Shown here piece after piece: positions 38,909 through 52,660 of a stretch of DNA of 64,000 bases; the stretch's first letter is position 1; every line of letters starts with the position of its first letter. The translations under genes and the position numbers were made by a program. The notes beneath the pieces are model-generated. The model ran no database searches. It was not told the origin of the DNA and saw only the letters and a program-made list of their open reading frames with translations. Source of the stretch: Octopus vulgaris. Taxonomy: Eukaryota. The stretch is taken from positions 51,088,001-51,152,000 of the forward strand of contig OX597831.1 in the NCBI GenBank assembly GCA_951406725.2. Reading direction: 5' to 3'.

Positions 38909-39138
38909 TACAAGGGGTTGCTGGAAAGTTCCTGGCTTTAAGAGTATCATGAAAGGCCTGGTTGGAAGCCCAACCTTCCAAGTTCTTTTACAGGGCTTAG
39001 AAAAACTGAAGGACCACTGCAATAAGTGTATGAATCTGAGAGAGGAATATACTAAATAAAATCATAATTAACTGATTCTCCTGTGTTTCCTGTGTTTTGT
39101 TTTACCTGAAACCAGGAACCTTTCAGCACCCACCTCAC
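38909..39138 (+). mobile_element. Non-autonomous mariner deletion derivative
   Basis: Imperfect TIRs tacaaggggttgctggaaagttcctgg / ccaggaacctttcagcacccacctc enclose the transposase C-terminus QGLEKLKDHCNKCMNLREEY. Confidence 0.75.
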
Positions 39139-39142
39139 ATGG

Positions 39143-39440
39143 TAAAGACTCCCCTTTGGTCATGAATGACATGGGGATTGCACCTAGGAAGTTGCTCTCT
39201 AAGGTGCAAGTCCAGGCAAAATTGTTTATGGAAAACCAGCAGTTGCCCATACATACCAGCCTCCCCTCTCCACAACACCGATGTTGGCAAAGTCCAAATA
39301 CAGCTTGACACCAGTGATGTTGCAACTCATTTCTACAGCTGAGTGAACGGGAGCAATGTGATATAAAGTGTCTTGCTCAAGAACACAACACACAGCCTGG
39401 TCTGGGAATCAATCTCACTACCTCATGATTGTGAGCCCGT
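39143..39440 (-). mobile_element. SINE family E
   Basis: Reverse complement of 34257-34588. Confidence 0.85.
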
Positions 39441-42400
39441 TAAAAACAGAAAAAAAAAATACCTATCAAAGAGCAGACAGAACTAAATACCCATCCAGTA
39501 ATAAGAAACCTGATAACAACTACTTGAAATATAATGTAATTTTAAACATTTTGAGTATACACTATAAAAATGTAGTCAATAGTTCAGAAAATTGTCTCGT
39601 AAACAACAACTTATATCAGACATTTTGAGAAACAAAAAATAACTTTTGCAAATTTTGATTAGGAAAAAAAAAGATTAAACCAATCACCATAGGAATTAAA
39701 TTATAACAAAGAAATCCTGATTCACACAATGATATTTTTGTAGTCAAGAAGTTTTGCAGATAGTCTATTACTTTCTTTCTTTCAGATAGTCTATTACTTT
39801 CTTTCTTTCACCTATTTTTTTTAGAGTGGGTTTTTGTGATATTTATTAACTACAGTTTAATAACTTAAGTAGTTGTGCATGACACATAACAACCATAATT
39901 TAGTAACTTAAGAAGTGTCTACTATAAAAATCATTTGATTATTCCTAATATATACCACACCAGGAATAATTATGGATGTGCTAAATGATGTGGTTAGGAA
40001 AAAGGATTCATACCTAACATTGTTCTTTGGCTGAGAATGCAAGGGAGACAACCCTAAATGCTTCTGCTTAATTAAGTTTCATCATTAGTGGTTATAGCCC
40101 TCACCTTTACTTGATAGAACTGTAACAACCAACTTGCTGTATAGAAATGTTCATGGAAAACAGGCAAGTGGTGCCAGGAGATGAGATTGATAATTTAATT
40201 TTTAAAGGCTGTTACAATATATTTAAGTAATAAGAGGCTTGTCTAAAATTAAAGCGAACCTTTTAAAAAGCAAATTTGATGCTTTATCTACAATTTAATC
40301 AGATTTATCTCCTAAAAACAGTTTCCTCCCCGCCAAAACACTGCTTCAAATGACATATCATTCTATCAAACATTGAAGGCCAAGCATTGTTAGCCAGATC
40401 CCTAAGATTCCATTTGTTTATATTGCAAACAGACCAGTGATAGAAGGCAGAAACTAAGCTCAGAACACAATTAGAACAGATATCACAAAACATCTATTCC
40501 AATGCTTTAACAATTCTGATACTTCACAGCAAGGAACTGGTATTTTATCAAAGATTTTGAACTAAATAAATCTCACAATAATTCTGCTTGTTATTATGTT
40601 ACTTAGCCCATCAGTAACACTTTCACATAATTAAAAGAAAAGGAGAGAGAGAGAGGGAAAGAGAAGAGTCCATGACATGAGGGAGAGGGAATGCAATTGT
40701 AATGCTTTTACGTGATTAGTTGAAGGGAGAGAGAGGAGAAAGAAAAAGGAGAGAGAAAAAGAGGATAATGCAAAGGCAGACAGAAAGAGGGAGAAAGAAA
40801 AAGCGGGAGAGAGAAAAAGACAGAGAGAGAGAAAAAGAGGGAGAGAAAAGCATCCATGATGTGAGGCAGGGGGAACATAATATTTATTACATGGCTTAAA
40901 AAGTTAGTTGAAGATAGTGATGATATAAAGGAGAGTTAAAAATATAACTTTAGCAGAAGGGTGATGTTCTGATGGTAAGGTTAAAGAAAGGTAGAAAGAG
41001 AGAGAGGAGGAGGAGGAGGTGGTGGTGGTGGTGGTGGTGGTGGTGGTGGTGGCAGTGGAATATTCATGCTTATTTACATGGCAGATGCATGCAATTTAAC
41101 TAAAGGTTGTATCATATGTATGGGATATTTTTTTATGTTTATGGGGGAAATAGAAAAATAAGAGTGAATATTTATTTTATGAGAGTTGTGTATTGAGTTT
41201 ATAAAATTGTGCATAAAGTATATAAAAAGTATATATAAAGTGCATTAAGTATTCATCATATTCCAATTTTTTTCACTTTTCAATGAGTAGCAGATGAACA
41301 ACTATCTTTCCTTACAGACACAACACAGGCTACACTTTCAGGTTTTTTGGATAAAGTTTTCAGAATAACCCAATAGGTTTACCATTACTTCCGTGAAATA
41401 TCCACAGGTCCTACTAGTACTAAATACTAAATTTATAAAAAAGACAAAAAAATTAATTCATTTTAAATCAATAATCTATAGGAACTGATGCTTATCTTCA
41501 ATTTTCATAGTTTTATATGGAGGAAAAAATAAATCTTTCTTTGGATAAAGCAGTTGTCCATGTTAGGTAGACATTATCCCCAGAGAAGGAGTTGAACTTG
41601 GAACTACAAAGATACTCAGTCTGTCCAAAACTCTAATGACTTTTCTAAACTATTACCTTTGTCAAATCATTTGTACTCCCTCAACTTTCTAAAATTAGTC
41701 TTGTGTCTAGTCATGAAGTGCCAATCAATATTTCTTATGTCTGTAGTCTCTATGATACCATAAAATACAACATGGTTTACCGACTACTTTTAACAATATA
41801 CAGTTGTAGCTTCTTTTTTTTTTACCCATAGTTCAAATCCCAGAGCAGCTTGGTGTTTGTATTTCAATACACCAGACTGCTTAGGAAAACGAACTTTGAA
41901 TTAGTGACATAAGTAAAAATAATAATTTTTTTAATAAAAAAAGACAACAGGTGGCCCATGCAGTTGGTAAATTATATCCAAAAGATTGGAAAAGGCCACT
42001 CAAATGGTTTCCATCATGAAGAGAATTAAGAGAAGATGATTTAGTTAATTGATATTGGCCTAGACAGAAAAAAAAAGGCACATTCAAGAAAGAAATAGAA
42101 GTATTTTGACCAGCAATGTCTAACAATATCTAATAGTCTGATTCATGCAGTGATACGTGATGTCATTAATGTTCTTGTGAAACATGAATGTCACATTATC
42201 TCATCTCCCCATCATTTCCGATAGTTAATCATAAAACTTGTGTCTATATGAAAAAAAAAATCAGTATTTCATAACAAGAAATTAGGAAGAAATGATAGAA
42301 TCCTGAACTAAATAAATATCAAATTTCAAAAGGAAAAAAAGACCCAATTCATTCTAAATTGTATTAATCTATAGGGAGAGATGCTCATCTTCAATTTTAA

Positions 42401-42669
42401 TAGTGCTATGTAGAGGAAAAATAAATCTTCCTCAAGAAAGAGCAGTAGCCTATCTTAGGTAAATTTTCCTCAGAGAAGGAGTTGAACTTGGCACTACAAT
42501 TAGTTCATTAGTTTTACACCTATTCTCCATGCTACCATGGATTAGTTAGAAAGATATTGAACTCTTTTAAAGCTGTATACCTTTCCTGTCACTAACCTTT
42601 ATCTAATTTTTTAAGTAATGCCTTTTTAATCCAATTGATTTCAAAGCACAGAAAAAAAAAAGCCTTAAT

Positions 42670-43578
42670 TTGTTGGTGAGATCTGGACAACAATCCCTCC
42701 AAGTCAATCAGGTCCATCACCAGGGACATGGGAGTGTCTGAGTTTCTTATCAGGCAGGTAGTGCATGAAGGCATTCGGTACTCCACATACAAGATGAGAA
42801 AGGACCAATCTTTATCCCAAGCCAAGGACAAAAGGAAAGACAACACTATGAAGTTTTTGAACAAACTCAAGCATCTGCTCTAACCAAATATGCTTTGGTT
42901 TTTCTCAGATGAGAAAAATTTCTACCAGGATTAAATGGTGAACACACAGAACAACCGTTGGCTTGCAGTGTTCCCAAAACATGTACTGAGAGGGAGAAAA
43001 ATCAAACATCCAGTCAACATCATGGTATTCGGAGTGATCACTAGTGATGGTGATGTTATGCCTCCATTCATCTTCCCACTCGGCTTCAGACTCAACATGG
43101 TGGCCTACATCAAGTACCTGGAGGAGGTAGAGCTGTCCTGGGTCAAGAGGATGGCTGTTGGAAGACCCTATATCTGGCAACAGGACTCTGCACCATGCCA
43201 CACAAGCAGGAGAACCCAGTCATGGCTGTCAGACAATTTCTGCACCCACATCACTCATAACATCTGGCCACTTAATTCCTCATACTGCAACTCCCATGAT
43301 TATTATGTGTGGGGTACATCTGTGCAAGAGACCAAAGCAAGGATTATGGCAGCATTAGCCAACTTAAACAAGGAGACCATCCAGAAGAGTTGCTGGAGAT
43401 TCCAAAGTCATCTGGAGGCTGTGGTTGAAGCCAATTGTGATTTTATTGAACAAATTTATTCTTTAGTATTTCAAGATAATTTTTAATGTAATTATAATAA
43501 ATATATGTTAAAATAAGATGTGAATGTTATTTTCACTTTTGTGTAATTTAGACGACAATTTATTCACTGCACTCTGTA
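42670..43578 (+). mobile_element. DD37D (maT-type) Tc1/mariner transposon, 5'-truncated pseudogene
   Basis: WFFSDEKNF ... WQQDSAPCH ... WPLNSSYCNSHDYYVWG, with exactly 37 residues between the 2nd and 3rd D. Ends ...cactctg|TA. Confidence 0.9.
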
Positions 43579-43598
43579 TATGTAGATACATATACATT

Positions 43599-43645
<47 letters not shown>

Positions 43646-43875
43646 GTTTGTATGAAAGGCTTCTTTCAGTTTCCATCTACCAAATCCACTCACCAGGCTT
43701 TGGTCAGTCTGAGGCTAGAGTAGAACACTTGCCCAAGGTACCACGCAGTGGGACTGAACCCAGAATCATATAGTTGTTAAACAAGCTACTTACCACACAG
43801 CCACTCCTGTGCCTATAGCTACTCCTGCGCCTATATATACATGTATGTATGTATGCATGCGTGTATATATGTATG

Positions 43876-43907
<32 letters not shown>

Positions 43908-44058
43908 AGCACATGCGCGCACACACACACACACACGCACATGATGTATGCATGCACACACACATAATGAGCTTTTATCCAGGTTTTGTCAATTAACTTC
44001 ACTCACAAGGCATTGGTTGATCTGAGGCTAGATCAGAAGATACTTATCCAAGATGTCA

Positions 44059-44964
44059 CTCAGCAAGATTAGAACTGAAAACCACATGATCATAAAGCAG
44101 CCTCCATATCCACACAGCCAGGCTTCATGATCATCATCATCATGTAATTATTAATTCATCAAGTCAACAATGTGACCATCACTAAGATTTGTAAACTGTT
44201 ACTACTAACTATTTACAACTGAGCTAAGGATCCCAAGGAGACATAAGCCATGCTTGTATCAAAACACCCATCATCAAACTTTTCACTGACTGCTTACTTC
44301 CCTTTCCACTTGCCTATTAAGGCTCTGAATACATGTTATGTATTTATTATTTTTTTTTTTAGCTTTCTCTCTACATTCTGAATTCAAACAAGTTAACTTT
44401 ACTATAGTCAGAATGCATCAAATCAACGAAGTTGAACTCACAATTAGAATTATTATGAAAGAAGGACACAAAGGAGAATATAGTCCTAGATACAATGAAT
44501 AACATGTATTCAGAGCATTGGGCCTTTTTCGATCGGGGTAGCCGACAGAGCTGGACATGTGAGCGTTTGGTCAAGGTAAGGGAAAAGCAGCTGCTATTTT
44601 TAGCATTCGGGTCGGGCCACGTGGAATAGTGCATTACCGCCAGAGAGGTCGCATCGACGAAGAGAAGGTAGGTGTCTTTATTTCAAATCTCCCGCATACA
44701 CCACAGTAGGCAGCCAGTGAAAAGGTTGATGATGAGTGTTTTGATACTAGTTTGGCTTATGTCTCCTTAGGATCCTTAGCTCTCAAACAGTCCAGTCAAC
44801 TCAGTTGTAAATAGTCAATAGTAATGGCCCACAAATCTTAGTGATGGTCGCGTTGTTGACTTGATGAATTAATAATTACATGATGATGACAATCATGAAG
44901 CTTGGCTGTGTGGATTTGGAGTCTGCTTTATGATCATGTGGTCTTCAGTTTAAATCTTGCTGTG
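44059..44964. repeat. Long inverted duplication, arms 44059-44298 and 44705-44964
   Basis: Arms are reverse complements over about 240 bp, with scattered mismatches and an insertion of about 20 bp in the right arm. Confidence 0.92.
44511..44705. mobile_element. Truncated relative of the solo-LTR-like element at 30510-30792
   Basis: Shares agcattggg...ctgctattt...gaagagaaggtaggtgtc.ttatttcaaatct..cgcatacaccaca. Confidence 0.85.
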
Positions 44965-45519
44965 AATGGTCATGGTTGGAGCACCTTAAATCTTTAATCT
45001 TTTAGGTAAAATCAGACCCAAGGTTAAACAACAATACAACATTAACTGTTACAGCAATGATCTAAAAATGTAATTTTCTATGCTGTAGACGACCTGCTAG
45101 AAATAGCAGCCACATTTCCATGAAATCAGGATCATATCATCCTAAAAATGGAGACACTGAATAATGTTGCACTCAATGTCTGAAAAAGAAGAGATGTGAT
45201 TGTCACAGTTAAAAAAAATCTTTGATCACTGGTTTGGCAGATCTGGATTGATCTGGGTGAAACACACTCAATGATGAAAGTGCAAAAATGACAGCTTAGC
45301 TGATGTAGTTATAACATGAAACTAAAATATACAAAGCAAAACAAAAAAAAAGAATGATTTCCAGAAAATTTCCAATGGCCTGTTCCGTTGTCACACCTAC
45401 TACTGGACCAGTGAATTATTCAAGAACATAAATGATAGTCTTATTAAGAGTAATAGACAAGGCATTCAGCCTAAAGTGTAAAAAGTTGCCTACTGAGAAA
45501 TAATTAAATGACTACTCAC

Positions 45520-45579
45520 TTGCTTTTTGTCTCGTGTCATCACAAGTACTTCAGTCTCACCAAGTTGCAGCAAAAATGG
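45520..45579 (-). CDS. Exon of PTB/PID-domain protein, PFLLQLGETEVLVMTRDKKQ
   Basis: Minus strand aatttacttatcacttcCAG|CCA TTT TTG...AAG CAA|GTGAGT. 60 nt, phase 0 to 0, fitting the PTB beta2-beta3 pattern preceding VVYRH. Confidence 0.82.
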
Positions 45580-45739
45580 CTGGAAGTGATAAGTAAATTC
45601 ACAGATGTAACTTTTTATTTCTTTTATTTTCTTCCCCCTCTTCTCTCTCACTCTCTCCATATATCAAATACACACACACACACACACATGTATAACTACA
45701 TATAAATATATATATATACACACACATTCACATACATAC

Positions 45740-45776
<37 letters not shown>

Positions 45777-45879
45777 TAGATAGATAGATTTATCAATACT
45801 TTATATATATATAATACACACACACATATATATATATATACACAAACACACATATATATACACACACACACACATATAT

Positions 45880-45933
<54 letters not shown>

Positions 45934-46072
45934 GTAACTACAGATATATATATATATTCTTTTAATTGTTTCAGTCATCTGACTGTGGCCATGATGGAGT
46001 ACCACACAGTGGGACTGAACCCAGAACCATGTGGTTGGTAAGCAAGATACTTACCACACAGCCACTCCTGCA

Positions 46073-46075
<3 letters not shown>

Positions 46076-46120
<45 letters not shown>

Positions 46121-46163
46121 ATATGTATATATATATATATATGTATATATATATGTGTGTGTA

Positions 46164-46214
<51 letters not shown>

Positions 46215-46291
46215 GCATATATGTATATATATGTGTATATATGTGTGTGTATATATGTGTATATATATATATATATATGTGTATGTATATA

Positions 46292-46326
<35 letters not shown>

Positions 46327-46342
46327 TTATATGTATATATAA

Positions 46343-46420
<78 letters not shown>
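46076..46420. repeat. Compound (TA/TG)n plus (GA)n microsatellite
   Basis: Directly visible; the longest of many such tracts. Confidence 0.95.
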
Positions 46421-46424
<4 letters not shown>

Positions 46425-46926
46425 GACAACCTGACAGATATAAATATATATTTGTGTGTATGTGTGTGTAGCCATTTCACTTTTTAAAGCAGAAACAATG
46501 ACCTGATCATTCGAAAAATTGGAAGTCTACCACCTAATATATTATAACAATACTCTACAAAGCAGACAAGACAAGACAAGACAAGACAAAACAAGTGATA
46601 AAACAAAAAAACAAAAACGCAAATGGCAATGATAATGATGATAAAAAAAATATTACAAATGATGTATATAACTGCATTGAAATTATTTGAATTAATGAGT
46701 TCTTTACAAAGCAGAAAGTCTTGTGAAAAATGGTGAGCAAGGGGGAAGATTGGGGTTAACAATCTGTCAATGATAAATTTGCTTCCTTTGTTTTAACTTA
46801 TATTTTTTTTTTACTTAAGTTATTTGACTGTGGCCATGCTGGAGTACCACCTTGTAGAGTTTAGTGAAACAAATTAATCATTTGGTACTCATACTATTAG
46901 TTGCTTCTGGCCAAATCACTAAGTTA

Positions 46927-47238
46927 ACGATAAACATCACCCTTCTCAAGCCTAGCCAGGCTCATGGGCCCGGTTTCCTGGTTTCTGTGGCATATGTGTT
47001 CCCCCCAGCTGGACAGGATGCCAGTCCATCGCAGCGTTACTCAAGAAACAGGAAGAGAGAGTGAGAAAAAGTTGTGGCGAAAGAGTACAACAGGGGTCAC
47101 CACCTACCTCTGCTGGAGCCTCGTGGAGCTTTTAGGTGTTTTCGCTCAATAAACACCCACAACGCCCAGTCTGGGAATCGAAACCGCGATCCTCCAATTG
47201 CGAGTCCGCTGCCCTAACCATGGGGCCATTGCGCCTCC
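46927..47238 (-). mobile_element. SINE family C nested in a family A copy, with 13-bp TSD
   Basis: aatcactaagtta at 46914-46926 and 47239-47251. Confidence 0.92.
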
Positions 47239-48458
47239 AATCACTAAGTTACAGGGACATAAACAAACCACCACGGGTTGTCAAGCAGTGGAGGAACAAG
47301 CACAAACACAGACACATGCATATACATGTAGATATATTACATATGTGAGGGGCATCTACACACAGAAATCATGTCAAAACAGACAATTGGAGTCTGGTGT
47401 GGCTTCCAGCTTGACAGTTCCTGTCAAACCAAGCCAGGCATGGAAAACAGACATTAGATGGTGATAATGATGATGCATGAAGGCATACAACAAGCTTCCT
47501 CCCAGTTTCTGTCTACCAAATTCACTCACAAGGAATTAATTGGCCTGGGGTTATATAGCAGAAGTCACTTGCCCATTGTGCAGTAGAATTGAAATTTCAC
47601 CCCCACCCCACCCTTGAGAAGTACACCCACACAATTTTCACTATGAAAAGAAACTCGGATTTTTAACATGGAATCAAGTACCCTGACCTTTTAATATGCC
47701 ACAAACCCCTTAGTTTTGTTCAGAAAAAGGTGGGAGGGGAACTGGACCCCCACCACCACCCCATCCACCATATCCTGGAATCACTGGAAATATTTTTCTT
47801 CATTGAATAAATTACAGTGACCTCCTAGTATACCACAAAACCCTTTCTTTGGTCCAGAAAACAGGGTGGGGTGGGGTGGAACCCTTGGAAATTTCACACA
47901 CACACACACACACACACATACCCTACACCCCACCCACCAATTTTCAAAAATATTTTGATTGAAAATTCAAACAAGTTTGAAAAGAATAAGTGAAAATGAA
48001 GGAGTTATAGAAGTTAGTGATAACAAAGTCTGTGGAATGATAAAGAATGTTACAAAATTCATTTAAAAAACACATTAGAGTTTGTGTATGTGTGTGAAAC
48101 AAGTAAACGTATATTAAAACAAAATATCTTTTAAATACCTCTTAAAATCACTGGATATAATATATATATGTGTGTATATATATACTCCAAGAAAGTTAGA
48201 GGCTGTGAATCCAACCAACTAAGGGATAATATCTATCCAATATACTGTTGGTAGAATACCTAATTATTAATACACAAGAGTTTTTTATTGCATTGCAATT
48301 ACATCACCGAGTGTACTAAATGGGTGAAGGTAAAGAGATATTTTACCATTAATTTATAGATCATTTATAGATCATTTAATAAGAAAATTTATAGATCATT
48401 TAATAAGAAAATGGTGGTTCGAACCACTTATTGATCCCCTCCATTTTCTTATTATTGA

Positions 48459-48519
<61 letters not shown>

Positions 48520-50139
48520 AATATATAATAATCCCAGATTGCAGAATAGATTTGAAAAACTTCCCCTTTGCAATTTTTGGCACTGAAATTGCATAACTAA
48601 TGTGTTTCATTATCTATCTATCTATCTATCTATCTAATTTCTTTCTGTCTGTCTGTCTTTCATCTTTTCAATTTTGTCTGCCTTGCTGCTTCTTTTTGTC
48701 CATCACCCTTTCAAACATTTATACTCCCACACATTTTTCTTTTTTTTTTCTTTTGTCTCTTTCAAACAGTCTTACTTTCTTACTTCTGCAATAGTTTCTT
48801 CGTTACAAATATACTTTCTTCTAAACATACTTCCCTCTTTTATTATCATCAAGCATTCTTTCACAAATTCTTCACTTTCTTTCTTGCAAACATTTTTTTC
48901 AATTTTTCTTTCAGTCATCATTTGATTGTCTGCTTTTTATTTCTTTTCCAAATAATTCTTTCTTTCTTTCTTTCTTCTAATCATTTTCTTTTTATTTTCT
49001 TTTTTTTTTCTTCAAGCCATTATATCCTCCCACCATCTCTGTGTATTTTCCTCTTTTTTATATATATAATTCTCCTTTTTTCCATGTTGAAACTCTACCA
49101 CACTACTTCCCTGTACCCACACAACATTTTTTTCAAAACACAACACTGTCTGCATAACATAACAAGGGATATATTTTCATCTGTTATTACATAAAACAAA
49201 AGTTTCCTTTGGAGATTTTTAACAATATACTAACTGCAACAACATATATCACAGCTTGTTTTCTCTCATACAAATTTTTGAAAATAAATAGTGTGTGGAG
49301 TGGGGAGTTCTCCTGTAAGTTATAAATAATGATAACAATCAGTTTGTAAACTTACAAAAATGTTGCAGTCCACTAACAACAACAACAACAACGATTTCTT
49401 TTTTGGCCACAAAGACAATGAATGGAGATGATAATAACCAGTATTTTGGGTGATAGATATTAATCATAAGAAAAAAAAATTAAGAAAAATCTTCTCAGGG
49501 AAAATAACCATAATTCAGGTAAAAATTGTAAAAATACCAAAAACATACTAGTTTTTATGAAAGAAAGAAAGAAAGAAAGAAAGGAAGGAAAGGAAAAGCT
49601 AAAGAGAGATAAAGAAATTAACTGTTGGTGCAATTTATTTTATAATAGTATTATTTTGTTGAGCTGGCATTAATACAGTGCTGGATTGGCAGATCAGTAA
49701 ATCATTGAACAAAATAACAAAATTAGTTCTACCCGCTTACATTGCGAGTTCAAATCCTGCCAAAGTCAACTTTGCCTTTCATCATTCCAGGATCAATAAA
49801 ATAAAAGAAACCAATCTACAAGTACCAGAGTTGATTTAATCAACTGATACTGACGTCACACTATAAGGTTGTTCAAGCAATGAGACTATAGCTGAAAAAC
49901 CTCAATGTTTTTAAGTAAAGAAGAATATATTTGATAATATAGTCCTCAGTTTCCCTAAAATGATGTGGTCATGACTGGAATGCTTTTGATCATATGTTTG
50001 TTTCATCAAAATTGACCTGAGGCTAAACAACATTTGCTAATGATCTGATATAGAAGTTGGTAAATTACAGCCTGTGGCCCCATTTCTTCCAGTATTTATT
50101 AAAATAGGTGACATTACATACAGAAATCTTTGTCATGCA

Positions 50140-50369
50140 AAGACGAGCTGACAGAAACGTTAGCACGTCGGACGAAATGCTTAGTGGTATTTCATCTGCC
50201 GTTACATTCTGAATTCAAATTCCGCTGAGGTCAACTTTGCCTTTCATCCTTTCGAGGTCGATAAATTAAGTACCAGTTACACGCTGGGGTCGATATAATC
50301 GACTTAATCCCTTTGTCTGTCCTTGTTTGTCCCCTCTATTTTTAGCCCCTTGAGGGCAATAAAGAAATA
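50140..50369 (+). mobile_element. SINE family B monomer with 18-bp TSD
   Basis: agaaatctttgtc(a/g)tgca at 50122-50139 and 50370-50387. The body matches units of the 21298 trimer. Confidence 0.92.
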
Positions 50370-50629
50370 AGAAATCTTTGTCGTGCATGAAGGGGTGGAT
50401 GAACATATAAACTTCCAGTATCTTAGTGTTCTTGTGAACAGTAACAATCTCAGATATTATTTGGTTTGAAGAAAAGCAATGAAACACTGTCACATAAATA
50501 CTATCATCAATGACATGTTTAGCTTGTCCATCATATTCAGTGTGAGGCGACAGAAGATGATGTTTGTGTTGCACATCCTCTAAAATAAATTGCATTCTGT
50601 CACAAGAAATCATTTATTATGAGCTGTAA

Positions 50630-51046
50630 AAAGAGGTGGGAAGACATAAGATGAAGTACTGAAAGCTAACTTCAAAATGCTGAACCTTATGAAGGAGATG
50701 ACAGAGTACTGAGATATATGACACATTACTATATTTGAGAAGACCCACTCACCACAACAGAATTGAGATCCTAAAACCAAGGTGCCACATAAAAAGCCTT
50801 AGTATGGGTGCTGGTGCCACATAAAAAGCACTGGTGCCATGTAGAAAGCACTGGTAATGGTACCACATAAAAAGTACCCAGTACACTCGGTGAAGTGGTT
50901 GGTGTTAGGAGGGGCATGCAAGCCATAGAAACCTAGCCAAAACAGACTATGGAATCTGGTGTAGCCCTTAGCCTTGCTAGTTCCTGTCAAGCCATCCAAC
51001 CCATGCCAGCATAAAAAACAGACATTAAATGTTCTTGATGATGATG
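50630..51046 (+). mobile_element. RTE-like LINE 3' end with VNTR and (GAT)n tail
   Basis: Aligns with 36695-37155. Confidence 0.8.
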
Positions 51047-51082
51047 AATGTATAGTATAGGCGTAGAAGTGGCTGAGTGGTA

Positions 51083-51515
51083 TAGGCGTAGGAGTGGCTG
51101 TGTGGTAAGTAGTTTGCTTACCAACCACATGGTTCTGGGTTCAGTCCCACTGCATGGTACATTGGGCAAATGTTTTCTACTATAGCCTTGGGCCGACCAA
51201 AGCCTTGTGAGTGGATTTGGTAGACGGAAACTGAAAGAAGCCCGTTGTATATATGTATATATATATATATATGTATGTATGTGTGTGTGTGTATATGCTT
51301 TGTGTGTCTGTGTTTGTCCCCCCAACATCGCTTGACAACTGAAGCTGGTGTGTTTATGTCCCTGTAACTTAATGGTTAGGTAAAAGTGACTGATAGAATA
51401 AGTACTAGGCTTACAAAGAATAAGTCCTGGGGTCGATTTGCTCGACTAAAGGTGGTGCTCCAGCATGGCCACAGTCAAATGACTGAAACAAGTAAAAGAG
51501 TAAAAAGAGTAAAGA
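51083..51515 (+). mobile_element. SINE family A, full length
   Basis: ggcgtaggagtggctgtgtggtaag ... gtaaaagagtaaaaagagtaaagag. Confidence 0.92.
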
Positions 51516-52149
51516 GTAGTTTGATCCATTTCTCTTTATTTCAGGCGAAAGATCCATATACTTTCTTGGAAGTGAGCTGAATTGGAAAGAATTTTATGAC
51601 TTATGCTGAAGTAAATAAAAAAATGAAACCACCATTATATAAGGCTGATGGAAACAGCTTGTTTTCTTTTTGCATTTTCTTTTTATAAATATTACTTGCA
51701 TAATGAAAGACTCATTGTATACTTAAAATATGAAAATCAGTGTGTGTTTTGTGAAACACAGAATGCAGTGAAGAGTTAAAACATTTATAGTTAGGCTGAA
51801 TAGGAATGATTGCGGCTTCAGGGTAAGTGAAATACCAGCCACTTTACCTGCTTTCCTCGACAAATAAGTAAGAATTTTTTTATCACTACTTGCTTTCCTA
51901 AAATCAATAACTCATGCAAATTTAATGTAACAGCATATAGATGTTCTTAGACATTGCTGCTCTACTCATTTAGGAAGGTAGAAACAGTTACTGCTTAAAT
52001 TATTGCACCTTGGGAAATATTTATTTTGTTTCTTTGTACCAATATAAAATAAAGATTTGATACTATAAATTACTGAAATTTCTGTTCTATCTTTTGATAC
52101 AGAACTTTATTGTTTGCAAACCAAAGAAAAGAGTTTTGTATGTAATGTC

Positions 52150-52660
52150 ACCTATTTCAATAAAGTTGGCGAACCAGATGGAATGAGACCACAGGCTGAA
52201 ATTTGCCAACGACGTGCAACCAAACGCATACCCTCCATCAGACACCTACCATATTCTGAGCGCCTTGTTTCCCTGGGCATGGATTCACTGAAGCTCCGGC
52301 GTTTGGCGACGGACTTGGTAAACACCCACAAAGTTATCAACCACCTCACCAACAACAACACTGAACACCTTTTTGATCTCCATGTGTCTAACACACGTGG
52401 ACATGCCTACAAAGTCAGAAAACAATACAGCTCCCATGACTTTCGGAAACATTTTTTCACGCTCAGAATTGCTGAAGCATGGAATAAACTGCCTGCATCA
52501 GTTGTTGACTGCCATGACACTGCATCTTTTAAGGCCCTCATGCTTTCCGAAATCCGCCGAAACTACACCTGATTATATATACACTTTAGATGAGTTGTAG
52601 TGCACCTGAGCACTGTACACAATTATTATTATTATATTATTATTATTATTATTATTATTA
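52150..52660 (+). mobile_element. CR1-clade LINE 3' end, 5'-truncated, with (ATT)n tail
   Basis: QRRATKRIPSIRHLPYSERL...LKLRRLATDL...TRGHAYK...FFTLRIAEAWNKLP...FK is uninterrupted, followed by a short UTR and (att)n. Confidence 0.92.

Noticed and set aside
45966-46480. Long Y/I/C/V ORFs
   Set aside because: Translations of dinucleotide microsatellite; the same applies to similar ORFs throughout the window.
50400-50580. Stop-free minus-strand stretch after an acceptor-like site
   Set aside because: No convincing donor or recognisable motif.
51848-51897. Candidate upstream exon with good AG/GT sites
   Set aside because: Two frames are open but neither gives a recognisable PTB N-terminal peptide; it cannot be distinguished from chance.
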